Shown piece after piece: positions 28,446 to 41,340 of a stretch of DNA of 64,000 nucleotides. The position numbers and the translations under genes are program-made. The DNA comes from Marsupella aquatica (lineage: Eukaryota; Plantae; Marchantiophyta). The stretch is from the NCBI GenBank assembly GCA_973895155.1, contig OZ316897.1, positions 17,342,058-17,406,057 on the forward strand, read 5' to 3'. The notes under the pieces were generated by a model. The model saw only the letters and a list, made by a program, of their open reading frames with translations. It ran no database searches and had not been told where the DNA came from. Position 1 is the first letter of the stretch. Each line of letters opens with the position of its first letter.

Positions 28446-29265
28446 TGAGCTAGATAGTCGGACTGCATCTCGTCAATAACTACGTGGTGATGTATTGCAT
28501 GACTGACAGATCGATGGAAGCATGCCGGCCATCGAGTGAGCTAGATAGTCAACTGCAGCTGGTCAAAATGATGCTAGAAATACCCAACTATAATTATAAC
28601 GTACTCGCTGTCATTTGGCCCCTGTATATCCCTCCAAAGGTTCTTCAATATATGTAGCTAGTAGTGAAAGCTACAGCTAGAGGTGACTCCTGCACTCCTA
28701 GCCTGTGAATTGATTCCAAGATGTAGTTAATTGATTCCGAGATGTAGGTGCGTGTTGTGTGTAGTCCCTGGTAGAACTGCACTAAGTGCCCATTGGATCT
28801 ACGTACTGATGTGGTTAGCTGTTCCTATATAATATTTCTGATTCTGAGTTTAGCTTTATAAACCTTTTCTTTTTTAAATCAAGTTCCGTTTCGATCACTT
28901 GATCACATAAAGCTAGCTAGATATCGCAATAATAGATACCTGAACAAATCATTCGCTAAGACAAAAGGAAGAATTAACAGAATAACCTAACTCCCGGCCC
29001 CAGCACTGGGGACGTGTCTTGTTCTGTGCATTAGAAGCCAGCTTCCATTAGTACCCAACTTTCTTACATTGATCGATTAATTCGTCCTTTTGTCTTAGTA
29101 CTTTAGTCGTTGAAGGATCTAATATTGCGTGTTTTGAAGGGTACTGGGATGGGAGTACCCCACCCAGTGGGCTAGATAGTCGATTGCATCTAGTCAAATA
29201 GTCATTAAATACTGATTTATGTACTTCGCACAAGGCAGAATGAACACACTCCCATGTTGGTAAAG

Positions 29266-29755
29266 CTCCCACTTATGGGTCTTTTTCCCTAGCATGCTAA
29301 CACTAAAGTGAGAAACGGTGTAAATTGAACACAACCCCACTTTACATGATAGGCAATATTCCCCACTTTGAATCTAGCAATTTAACAAGTAAGAAAAACT
29401 CTAGAGGGGAAAGATTAATGTGGATTATAATTTTTTTACTAGGGTTCAGACTTCGATTTCTTTTCTGTGCAATTTCATTTTGTAGATAGAGTGCAAGCAT
29501 CCATGTCAGTCATTTATCATTACCCCTTTAGAACTCATTGACAGTGTTTGGAAACCCAAAATTGATGCTTTGGTTAAAGATTATGGATAGTTTTAGTGTT
29601 TGTAGGTAAGTGTGCAAACCCCTAGATGAACATGAGAGATTTGGCAAACCCCTCTTATTACAAGGGGAACATACAAATCCCCTAAGATTGTAGTTTTTGT
29701 TACTAGGGTCTAAGAATACCAACATAGAACTAGGTAAAAATCCCACATATGAGAG
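29266..29755. mobile_element. Degenerate MITE-like TIR element
   Basis: Imperfect ~27-bp TIRs ctcccacttatgggtctttttccctag / ctaggtaaaaatcccacatatgagag; TSD unclear. Confidence 0.4.
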
Positions 29756-30425
29756 GTTAAATCGGGGGTTAAATTTGATTTCCTATCTGGGGACGTGACA
29801 GTTTTGCCTTGTGTAAGTTCTGGATGTACGTACGTAGTTCCTACTATGTGACCACTAGACGACTCCTCCACAGGTTCTTCCATGTAGTTGTCTATCCTGC
29901 AAATAGAATAGACGGTGCTCCATAAACTTGGATCTCTAGCTGAAGGCCTAAAAGAAGTGTCAGCCTTGTCTAATGCACAAAACTGTTGCTTCGAGATGTA
30001 TTGCCTTATTGCAGAGTGTAGTACCCCAAGGAGATGCCCTTAATTAATTAATTTTCAAATCAAAATTGGTGCAGCGGATCATGCATGTGGTCTTAAGCAC
30101 AGGGTAGTGATTTCATTTCCTGCATGGGTTTAGAAGATATCATAGAATCTTTTCTTCATTGCTTGTTAGAGATATCATAGAATTAGGCCAGAATATAGAG
30201 AACCAATGCAGCTAACATGACATCGATCTAGAGACAACGTACAACCAATGTAATGTTTTTTGTTTCCTGAGTTTCCAATAGTAAATTCTCTGTTTATCTA
30301 TATTCAGAAGTTTGGGTCGATCTGTTTTTAATTACCGATGCATCATCTCCCAGCCATTTACTCGGAATCGATGCAATCCAGGTGGAACACATGCTCAAAA
30401 AAGTCGTGGTAACGCAAAGAGAGAA

Positions 30426-31093
30426 TCAGTCGGCGCCTGACGTAGTTAACCCATCAAACATTGTAACAGATTCATCAGTATCTTTTGCAGTTAGATTGAA
30501 GACATTGACAGTGTTACAATACACTTGACAGACCATGGATCCAGGAAGGACCAAATTCTGGCACCGGAAAGACAAGGACTTCAGTTGCGCCTTATTTTCC
30601 CTGCCAGTGAATGAACTGCCGTACATGCGTTTGGCAGTAACGGTAATGCTGATCACCCTTTCATTTACTGTAACCTTATTGAGTATTAAAGTGGAGCTTC
30701 TAAGGTAATATTTGCAAATATTTTGCGAAGGGCCGACCACTGCTAGCGTGTACTGTGCACTTGTAATAAAAACGAAACGATTCATTATGATGAGTAGGCT
30801 TCTTCTTCTCCTCATGTTGCTTTGGGAGGGAAGGAGGCGACGCAATACTGTCCTCGTCCGCAGGATCTGAGAGCGTTCGACAGACTGCACACATAACTCC
30901 CCTTTTTGAGCTCAGCGTCGATCAAGGTAACCCACACCTTGGAGACCACGACAACCTTGCTGCTCTGCGTGGGAGCACCACCCTCGACGTCAGAACAACC
31001 ACCGTCCTGATTGGAAGCCGCCCTCGCAGTCCTTCCCCTGCTCAGAACAACCAGCGATTCCTCGCCGCACCGATGAGGATACCACCACCACAC
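30426..31093 (-). pseudogene. RPA1-like OB-fold / Zn-ribbon fragment (possibly Helitron-derived)
   Basis: FRCQNLVLPGSMVCQVYCNTVNVFNLTAKDTDESVTMFD resembles the RPA70 C-terminal OB fold (Zn ribbon followed by L...D.T...TxFD). Spread over frameshifted ORFs. Confidence 0.35.
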
Positions 31094-33019
31094 TCGACCC
31101 TGACTCGTCCTCTTCGTTTTGCACTTAATTTTGATGATAGTTGCCAGCCCTCGCAGCTAGCTCATCCACGCACCACGAGACTCGCCCCACAGCTGCCACC
31201 TCTACAGACCGATACCGTGACGAGTGTAGTGTGGAAAGGAAATAATTGCCCTACGATCCTTGTGTGCTTTCTTCTGACCGAACTAAGAATTGCTCAGTGA
31301 ATTCAGCTTATCAATCAGTCAATTATCCACCTTGAGCTCAGCTCTGATCTGCTATCATTCCAGGGGAAAATAACTGCACGGCCGTCACTGAGCGGAGGAG
31401 TGAGTGCGAGAGACGGAGCAGAGGTGCAGCAGCACACGAAGTCACGAGCGTTTCTGAACAAACAGGAGAGGTGAGTGAATTGCCGTCTGGAGTCAGACTT
31501 CAGAATATCAGTCCATATCCATCTCTCTATCCACCAATCCGTCCCTCCATTCACGTGGAGCTCAGCTCTGAGCTGCTTTCACTCCGAGTAGGATTTCGTA
31601 AACACGATGCCGAGAGCAGCTCCAACCTGCATTCAGCCAGAAAAATTAACAGTTAATTCATGCAAGCCATGCGATTCGAGGCCGGTGACCTAGCGCTCAT
31701 CTGCTTTAATTCAGTCCAGTCTCAGGAAGACTTTCGTTCTTGAACTGAAGCCAGCGGTCATTTTGTGAAAACTGGCACCGGCGGGCGGCGGCCAACAGTT
31801 CCTCCATAATTGCGCAAACATTGAAAGCCAATAAATACATTCATGTTGAGTACAGTTCTCTATAAGGCGCCCATAAGAGTGTACCCGCATGGATGACAAA
31901 ATAACAATTCCACGTACTTGAGTTCACGGGATTCACATACGGGTGCAGCCGGGACGGCAAAAGTACTACTGGCAAAAGTCCTATCCATAAAGGTTTCAAG
32001 AACATGCCTACCTAGTCCCAAAACCGTTGAAAATGCAATACTTAGAGGTGGCTAATTAATTATTAAATCTTCAAAACCTTTGTTGTATGTGCTTTGGAAA
32101 ATTCCTTCTCGTCTCAAATAATCAAACCTTGAGTGAAAGCTTAATTATCACCGGGTTAAAGCTTATATCACCTGGCTCGTTAATTAGGATACTAGCCTGA
32201 GAGTATAATCAAATAGAATCTATTTCTAAAGTAGCCTAAAATTACATCTATTACCTCCAAGAGGGCAGGCGTGGTCTGTTCTGAGGTTTTATTACAAATT
32301 AAAAAGAGACATGAATGATTTCTTATGCCAGGCACAAATCAAATTGTGTTTAGGATGTCTGATCCTACCTTGCATTTTGATTATTACTTAACTTTGTGCA
32401 AACCAGGGAGAAAGTGCAAATTTTCATGGTTCTAACTAGCGGGAAAACCTCCCACTTTGGAACCATTTTCACTAGTATGCTAACACTAAAGTGGGGACAA
32501 ATCTCGGGGGGCCTCCATATACTCCATATACTTATTTTATGAGCACATGATGTGCAGTTTTTGTGAAAATGAAACCGAGAGGGACAAATGCAACTTGTGT
32601 AAGGCACAATCCCATATCAATGACAAGGAATATACCCACTTCAAATGTAAGAATTTAACAAGTTGGAAAAATTATGGGGATGAAAACTAATGAGGGAATT
32701 TAGTTTTCTGGTAGTTGGTTTATTTTCATGGACACTGGACGCTGCATAAGGATATATCTTATAGGCAATTACTCTAGGTAGTACATAACTGAGTGTGCAT
32801 CGATTAAAACATTTGTTTTGCCCGCGGATTAAAAGCTATATATATAAGACAATAAGGTCCCACCACTTTTTATAGTGGTCATCTTACAAATATAGCATTT
32901 TCTTTGACGAAAGATCGATATAAAAAAGCTAGCAAAGCTAGAAGGAGTAATGAAAAACAAGCCACTGCAAAAACTACAGTGGAGCTGTTCAGCCTTGATC
33001 CTCCACTTGTCCTCCTCAT

Positions 33020-33730
33020 GAGTGTAGTAGCTTGGAAGTACAATCCATCGGTCCCTTTGATACAGCTCCTCCTAGCTTGTAGTCGCAATTCTCAATCTTT
33101 CTTTCCTGGTGGCTTTTTAAAGATTCCTTTCACTGCTGGAGGTGTTCTGCTTGCTCTTTTTCTAGCCCGGACACTCTGCATTACATGTCCACCATAACTC
33201 AGTACAATTAAAACCGAGCCTGTCCATAAGATCCATATCTTTATCCAATTCAAAAGACTTGGGACCCGAATCCACTGCCCCCGAAGAAGTCCTATCAGTT
33301 AATTTGAAGCAAGCTAGTATCAAAGTTATAGTTCCATCTGTTTCTGGCAACGTCGATCACCCAGTCTAGCCTCGGTTCAAGTCATTATTGCTAAGAGAAA
33401 GTCAATCATACAGATATAACAAATAAGATCAGGAAAGAGGAAATTAAAGTAGACCGTCCCTAACAAAGACAATTGACACTATCTTGAGCCACCCTGCTAG
33501 GAAAGGTCAGAGTTGTAGAGAAAAATGTTTACCGAAGATTGCTCTGCACAATCTGTAGACGGTCGCGAACGAGTCAGCTTCTTTGCTAGAAACTGACGAG
33601 TAGGCTTTAGATCGAAGTTCTCCAATTCATCCGCAGGGCTGAATTTCAGAACTTGCTCAATCTCAAGTGAGTCAAGGATGTCCTGCATTAAATCCTCCTC
33701 ACCTTTGGGCATGCTCCTTGACGGCTTCAT
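33020..33730 (-). pseudogene. NAC-domain-like pseudogene, copy 3
   Basis: ORFs 33497-33730 and 33162-33350 are near-identical to 22709-22942 and 22372-22560. Confidence 0.5.
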
Positions 33731-34629
33731 TTTTGGCCTTGAGCAACGGGGGCCGCTAAACCGAACTTACCCCACTCAGATGTCGATCTCTTTCACCAAG
33801 GCAAACGAATTCCCTTAACTTCTTGGCTGCTAGTTCACCCCATACATAACAGCTTTGAAAGTTCCGTGCAGACCAAACTGTTCCTATGAAATTTGCGGAA
33901 GCACGGCACTTTGAACAACTCTGTGCAGAAGTTTAGCAACACGGATCTGCAAGATGCAATGAAGCGCGCTACAAAGCCAAGAATATCAGATGCTTAGGTG
34001 ACAGGAAATAGAAAAGGATGGGGACAGGACCCACACGATCTTAAGGCCCCCCTTTGCAGAGCTTCCGGAAAGCTACACAACATACTGACCATGTTCTGGT
34101 AGAGAAGGAACATATATACTCGATCAGAAGGGAGGGAGGAAGGGTTGAGGAGTGGAAGTGGAGGCCGGAACCCTACCTTCATCTGCGCCGGCAACCAAGG
34201 TTTTAGCCCAAGTGCACTAGCTTGAAGAGTGACTCAGGGTGCGTAGATGGATGGGGATGAGCGGAATGTGACTAGTGACTCAATGTGGGTATATGGATTG
34301 AATCAAACATACTGGAAGGCTTTACAGACTAAGGGTGTCCTTAAAGACTTAGTTGGCAAGACATGACCACACAGGACGCGCGTCCTTAATTCAATTGAAG
34401 CCCACGAGTACATGAGACGTTCTCCCATTACTTCTCTCCTGCTAGCTGGTCTATGCAGCACTAACTACAGACAGTAAGCTCCTAATCTAATGCCACTCCT
34501 CCGGAAAGAAAACACAAGCATGACATCCTATGATTTTTTGACCTGCAATGTCTGTAGTTGATCGTCAGTAGGTGCCCTTCTGTCTTGCGTCGTCAAACAA
34601 GCCGCCTTCCCCATGCCACTTAAATCATC

Positions 34630-34894
34630 CACTATCATAGGGGATCCCCTGTCGTTTTGAGGCTTTGGACTACCTAAAATGTATAATTTAAAAAAAAATT
34701 CAATCCTTATAAAATTAGAATATTCCAAAAAAAATTGTTAAAAAATTATAATATTCTTATAATTCTTGAAATTTAATTTAATTTTTTTAATTTTTTTTAT
34801 ATAAAAAAAATTAAGACTTCTCTTCAAACCAATAAAATGATTCAATCTTTCGTGTAACTTACATGTATCATTTTTGTGAAAATGAAACTCATGA
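34630..34894. mobile_element. Degenerate MITE family B copy (reverse orientation)
   Basis: Reverse-complement similarity to 12572-12867; sits where unit B lacks ~600 bp that unit A has. Confidence 0.6.
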
Positions 34895-34922
34895 GATTAT
34901 CATTAATCCATCTTATATATAT

Positions 34923-35267
34923 TATTGAACATAGACGACAATCACAACGGCAAGCCCATGAACCATCAAATGTACAAGAGTCGACACAGAGGGATACATG
35001 GTTCACCTCCACATGAGGCTACATCCACGGGAACACACATGAGCTTTACTGCACTCTAGGCCGATCGACCATACCAAACATCCACAGCGCAAGCTCTCCT
35101 TATCTCTCAACTAGCTCCGTAACAATGAGCCTGAGTTCCCCCTCTCCAAGCAAACACCATTTGGTTAGAGAGTGTGCACAGCATGACTAACCTAACCAAG
35201 TCTACGACTAAGGTTAGCCTTAACTACGGTGCAGTCGTGACTCTAGACCTAAGAGTAAATCCTAACA
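34923..35267 (-). mobile_element. Copia solo LTR, variant
   Basis: T(A)TTGAACA...CCTAACA termini, TSD tatat, empty site at ~24515. First ~210 bp match the other LTRs; the rest differs. Confidence 0.85.
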
Positions 35268-36907
35268 TATATTAGTGTCATGAGTATGTGAGTTGAAAAA
35301 AGAAATCCAAGTACTTGCTATGATTCAAGGACAAACTCACAATATTGAGAAGAAAGAGATACACAAAAGATACGTCTATTGTATAGTTAGTTCATTGAAA
35401 CAAATGTATTGTAAGGGACAAAATTTTCAAGTCCCCTGGTAGGAAATCGATCAACTTCATCCTAACTTATGTGTTCAGTGACATTTGCAACTTCACCCTA
35501 TCTTATGTGTGACATGCACCTAGTTTGATGTCAGTGGTGTTCTTAAATCGTGCTAACAAAAGAGATAATCCTAGAATTTCCCCTAGCTAGTAACAAGTTT
35601 TGCTAATAAAATCTCGTGTTCATATGGGAGCTTGTAGACCTTGTTGTAGACTTATCTACAAACACTAGAACTAGCCATAAATCTTTAACCATAGCTCCAT
35701 TTTTGGGCTATAAATTAGTACCAATGAGTCCTAAATGGGTAACGGTGTTGAAACTTCTATAGCAACAGCAAAATAAGTATTTGTTTGTACTGCTACCAAG
35801 GAGGTTGTGTGGTAGAAGGGATGGAGCTGAAGCAGGAGACTTCCACACCACTAAACATTGGACAATCAGCTAGAGTACAATCAAACTGATCAAAAGTTCA
35901 GAATTTCATGGCCTCAACAAACATATAGACTATTCAATCCATTGTGTCCATCACATTCAACTAATAAAGTAGGAAAAATATTTTTGCTATATTTATACAT
36001 GCATTGACCAACAGTTTTGGAGATATATATTTTCACAAAGGCTATTCATTTTGCAAACTTCCATGATAGGGGTAGTTAGTTAAGAGAAATGTTACTTCCG
36101 ATGGGAGTAATAAAAGGTTGGGAATATTGAAAGTTGACTCACTACCATGCACATTACAAGTTGTAATTGATCTGATATGATGTGGAAGCTGATCTAATCA
36201 ATAAGTATATATAATATTTCACACAGATGTGTCCTGGTCTTAGATTTAGCTATGGTAGTCACACTAGATTTAGCATACTAGATTTGATATGATTTAAAAG
36301 CATCTACTAACATGTTAATAACTATGTTGCAATTCAGACCCGAATTCAGATCCAACAGAGTTTATCAAGACTTATAGCAATAATTATGTTGAGCATAGAC
36401 GACATTTGCAACAACAAGTCCATGAACCATCCAACGCTCAAGAGTTGACACTGAGAGATACATGGTTCACCTCCACATGAGGCTAAGTCCACGGGAACAC
36501 ACAAGAGCTGTACTGCACTCTAGGCCGACCGGCCATACCAAGCATCCACAACACAAGCTCTCCCTATCTCTCAACTAGCTCCGTAACAATGAGCCTAGTA
36601 AGTTTCACCAAGGTCTGACATCAGCCCTGGCTATATGCACAACAGCACTACCGCTAACATTAGCTAAGTCCCACCCAAGTTAGACTAACTGTGGTTAGCT
36701 CATGAGTCACAAGACTAGAGCAATATCTAACTCTCCCTTGACTCTTGTCTTGGGGACTAGACTAAATGCTATCATATGGAATCATCAGCAAGAAGTTCCA
36801 GACAATCACCTAAACAGGTCTCCCCCTAAAAAACCACAAGGGTTAACTAAGAGTTAACTAGTACTAAGTTGTAGCCAAACTGGAATGAGTAATCCATATA
36901 CCAATAA

Positions 36908-38149
36908 ACACGTTGACGGACCAAACGAGAAGTGTGACCACCAAACGAGAAGCTTGTTCAATTTTTGCAAAAATGGTGATACAAATTGAAGTTTTTGGTC
37001 AAAATCAACTTTTTTGAAAATAATTGGAAAATGGATCAATTTTTGCATTGCGTCCATTGATGTTTTTGGAGCTAAACTAATGATCATGAGATTAAATATC
37101 TGGATGTCATCTTTAGTGAGAGATTAGAGACGAGAATCCTCATATTTGGAAAAATAAATTGTGTTAGATAAATTTTTGCAATGGTTTCCAAACTCAAGAT
37201 TTTGACAAAAATCAAAATTTTTATGATGAGAGAAAGTGCACTCAACTTTTAACATGCCAAAAGTGATACCATGTATCACATTTTGGATGCAGTGTAGGAA
37301 TTGGCTAGCTGCGTAACCCCCCAAATGTTGTTTGATGCGATAATGAAAATAATAATAATTTATCAATTTAAATTCACGTCAAGCCAAGGTTTAGGGAGCT
37401 ACCACGTAACTGCGTAGTTAAGCCCACAGTCAGTTACTTTAACTCAAAACTGGTTAAGCTAACTAAGACACATCAATCGTACCCCCGCAATTATGGACCA
37501 ATATTGTTGCACTATTAAAACCAGCAAACCAAATCCCAATCATGATCCATGGATCATGGGTTGTTGTCCATACACAAAACTAACCGTTAAAAACATGATC
37601 CATTTTTAAACCCATAAAATAATGAGGGGAATTCCATCTGTGATCCATGGATCACCAATATTCTCAAACTAAAAACACTATCCTCAAAAATTGCTTAAAA
37701 GTTTTTCTCATCTCTAAAACCTTGAGGGGAAGCACAATCATGATACGCAGATCAAAACTCTTGTGGACACAATAAGACTGATCTCAAAAACACCTACTTT
37801 TACCATAGTAGGATTCTTCTTGGGTTAACTTGACCACAGTTGGTATCTTTTTGGAATATGCCCTATTGGGTATTCAATGCTTTGAAGTCTAGTTGTTAAG
37901 GAATGTAAAATATGATACTCTATATCATATTTTGTATTGCCTCCATAGAAATTGATGATACAGAATGTTGTACTTCTTAATTTTATGACATTCACTAGTC
38001 CAAATTTGGGATGTTTTGTTTTTCTACTTCAAAATGTTTGATTTGTAGGAAATCTTGATTTGTATCACGTTGTGTTTTACACTTGGAAAAAATTTGGGGT
38101 GACCCAAACGAGAAGCCTATCACACTTTTTGTTTGGTCCGTCAACGTGT
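36908..38149. mobile_element. Non-autonomous PIF/Harbinger-like TIR element inside the copia 3' region
   Basis: TIRs acacgttgacggaccaaac / gtttggtccgtcaacgtgt (19 bp perfect, ~30 bp imperfect); TAA on both flanks (36905-36907, 38150-38152). Confidence 0.85.
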
Positions 38150-38190
38150 TAATAGTCACACATTTCTAAATAACTCTATTTGCGCTACAA

Positions 38191-41100
38191 CTACAAAACC
38201 TGCAAAGTAGCACGGTGTCTTGAAAAACTCTCCAAAGGAATCATTTTGGTAAAGGCACCAACGGGATTGAGCTTTCCATCAATCTTGACTAGCTCAAAAG
38301 TTTTATCATTTGACACTCCTTGCCTGATAAAATGGTACCTGATATCAATGTGCTTCACCCTACTATCCATCACCTGGTTAGCAGCCAAGTGAAGAGCACT
38401 CTGACCTCATTGTAGTCCACTCCTTTTTCCTGAGTGAATCCCTTGGCAACAAGCCTTGCCTTGTAGATCTTATCTCCACTCTCTGAAGGACTGTCCTTCA
38501 ACTTGTAAATCCACTTGCTGTCAATCACTTGTTGACCTCTTGGAAGCTCCACCAGCTCCCATGTCTTGTTGTCACTTAAAGATTGCAACTCCCTCTGCAT
38601 TGCTGCATTTCACTCATGCTTCTGTTCTAAAGCACAAGCCTCACTGTACAAAGAAGACTCTCTTTCTTCCAAGATCAAAGCCATATCATCTAGCTTAGAT
38701 GAGTCTGCCCATTGACCATACCTGGTAGGAGCTCTAGTAGAACGGCTGGAAGTCCTTCTAGTAGATGACTCAGGCTGATCTACTACTGCTGTTGGTTGAA
38801 TTTGAGGTACCCCAACAACAATCTGCTCCTCTTGTTCCATCACAGGAACCAGCTCCAAGCCCGAAGCTTCTCCATCTCTCCTGTCATGAACAGCATCATG
38901 ACTAATCTTTCCCTCAACCCGGTCTGGGATGGAAGATTTTCCCTTGTCAGTATGGGAGTCCTAAGAACTCTTCCCCTCCTTTGATGATCTGGATGACACA
39001 TCTTTACTAACAATTAGCTTACAGGTTATTGGATCCCATAACCTATAACCCTTCACACCTTTTTGATAGCCAAGGAAAATGCACATCTTTGACTTGGACT
39101 CCAGCTTGGATCAAAGCTGGAAAGGTTTAAGCACATAAGCATCACATCCAAAAATCCTCAGATGTGAGTAATCTGCTGGACGCTCGTACCTCATTTCAAA
39201 TGACATCTTGACTCCAATAGAACTGGATGGAGATTTTTTTAGCAAATAAGTTGTAGTGTTGACAGCTTCAGCCCAAAACTCATGTGGTAAACATGATTGA
39301 CTCAACATACTCCTTGAGCGATCCAATAGTGTTTGGTTGAGTCTCTCAGAAGTACCATTCTATTGAGGAGTATAACTTGTTGTGAGATAATAGATAATCC
39401 CCTGCTCCTTACAATATGTTCCAAATTCCCCGGAACTATATTCATTGATCGTCGTTATCCGATCAAAGATATCTCACCTTATTACCAGTCTGATTCTCTA
39501 CTTGGGCTTTCCACTTCTTAAAAGTAGCAAAAACATCAGACTTAGTTACTATGTATAAAGTATATCCACACATACCTTGAGTAATCGTCAATGAACGTGA
39601 CATAGTATAACCGTCCAGAATGTGAGGGATTGAGTAAGGGCTGGACCCCACACATTACTATGTAATACTCAAGTACCTCCTTGCTGGTGTGAGTTCCAAC
39701 TCCATAGGGTTTCCTGTGCTACTTCCCAAGCACACAATGCTTACAAAATTCTAACTTACAAGATTGCAAATTAAAAAATAATCATTTCTTTTGAAGAATA
39801 ACCAAACCTTTTTCACTCATGTGGCCCAAACGAAAGTGCCACAACCAGGCCGTCTCCTCATGAGATAAGGTTACATTGGCTTCATCACAAACTACACTGC
39901 CCTTCAAAATATTTAGATTATTATGTCTCTTTCCCTTCAATACAACTTTAGTATCAGTTGAAACCTGAAGAACACCATTAGCAAAACTCCACTGATGGTC
40001 ATTTGCTTCTAAAACTCCAAGTGAAATAAGATTTTTCATCATGCTAAAAATATGTCTCACATTCTTAATGTTCTCACAGCACCATCAAACATCTGAAATC
40101 TAACAGATCCAAGTCCAACTACTTGACATGGGATTCCATTTCCCATCAACACTAACCCGTTGGAAACCGTGTAAGAACTGAAAAAATCTCTCATAGAGCA
40201 AATGTGAAAGGTACATGCACTATCTAGACTCCAGTCATCACTACCTGGATTTGATATTACGTTGAGAGCAAAACCTTGGCATCACAATATGTCATCATCA
40301 TCCAATAAATCTACCTCATGTGAGCTTGATGCAGCGTTAGCTGATGCAGTAGGGTTCTTTACTTGACAATCCCTTTTCATGTGGCCAGGCTTGCCACAAT
40401 TCCAACATGCAAGAAGTTTCCTCTCTTTCAATTTCCTCTAGATTTAGATCTCCCCCGTGATGTAGATCTAAACCTCTAATGCTCATTTGAGCGTTGCGCT
40501 GCTCTCCCACGGTTCATGTTCAGCGTAGTGCTAGAAGACGATGCTATTTGTGATTGACCCAGCTTCTTCTGAGCATCATCAGATAGTAAAGAGCTCACCA
40601 CCTCATTATACAAAATGGACTTCAGATCTTTGTACAAGAGCACAGTCCTGTTTCAAGCCCTGATATGACGGCGATAAAGAGCTTAGCATAAGCAAGGCCT
40701 TCTCCTCATCTTCAACTCCTTTTTCCAAGTTTGACAGATCCATCGCTAGACTATCAAACTCATCCAGGTGATCCTGCAACTTCTTCCCTTCCTTGAGCCT
40801 GAGGCTCATCAAGAGAGACTTTTTGTACATTTGGTCTAACGCATCTTCCCGGTAGTACTTCTCTCTTAGAGCCTTGAACAGTGATGCACAATCCGCACAA
40901 TCATCCAGCTTCTTGATGATGTGCGGCTTTAGATAAAGCATCACTCCATTAATAGCTATCACTTGCTTTTGTCTCCACTGCTTCTTTGAGATCTCTTCCT
41001 CTCCATCACACTACTCTCGCAAAAAAAACATATGAGCTAGGCCCATGGCCCGTAGAACACCCTTCACTTGCTTCTTCCACAGCAAGTAATCAGTACGTCC

Positions 41101-41340
41101 ATCGTACTTCTCCAGCTCAAACTTCACTCCTCCAAATCTTGCGATCTCCCTCTTCTTCCCCACTACCGACAACTCTGGTAGTAGAACAACTTCCTCCACT
41201 GCACGCCACACCGATGATCATACCGGTGACACTAGTTCCTCCTCAAATGGTAGCAGCTCTTCCTCAGACTCATCGTCTGATTGTTGCGATCCTGAAGCTC
41301 CACCGACGTCATTTCTTCCAGTATCCTGCGAGTCACTCAT
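38191..41340 (-). pseudogene. Copia gag-pol pseudogene
   Basis: ATG at 41340 (MSDSQDTGRN...). Fragments 41011-41211, 40606-40962, 39782-40060, 39111-39326, 38370-38600 and 38191-38388; many stops and frameshifts; most of RT missing at ~38404. Confidence 0.9.

Larger units (their letters stand above)
31735..36365. repeat. Local segmental duplication, unit B
   Basis: Paralog of 20955-26480; ends next to the copia LTR at 36387. Confidence 0.92.
36387..41340 (-). mobile_element. Ty1/copia retrotransposon, decayed and internally deleted; 5' LTR not in window
   Basis: 3' LTR 36387-36731 with adjacent polypurine tract (aagggaga on minus). Domains in copia order: gag (FELEKYDGRTDYLLW), CCHC knuckle CWNCGKPGHMKRDC, protease LDSACTFH, LWHFRLGHMSEKGL, integrase (FWAEAVNT), RT start YKARLVAKGFTQ, RNase H end KHIDIRYHFIR. 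Confidence 0.95.
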
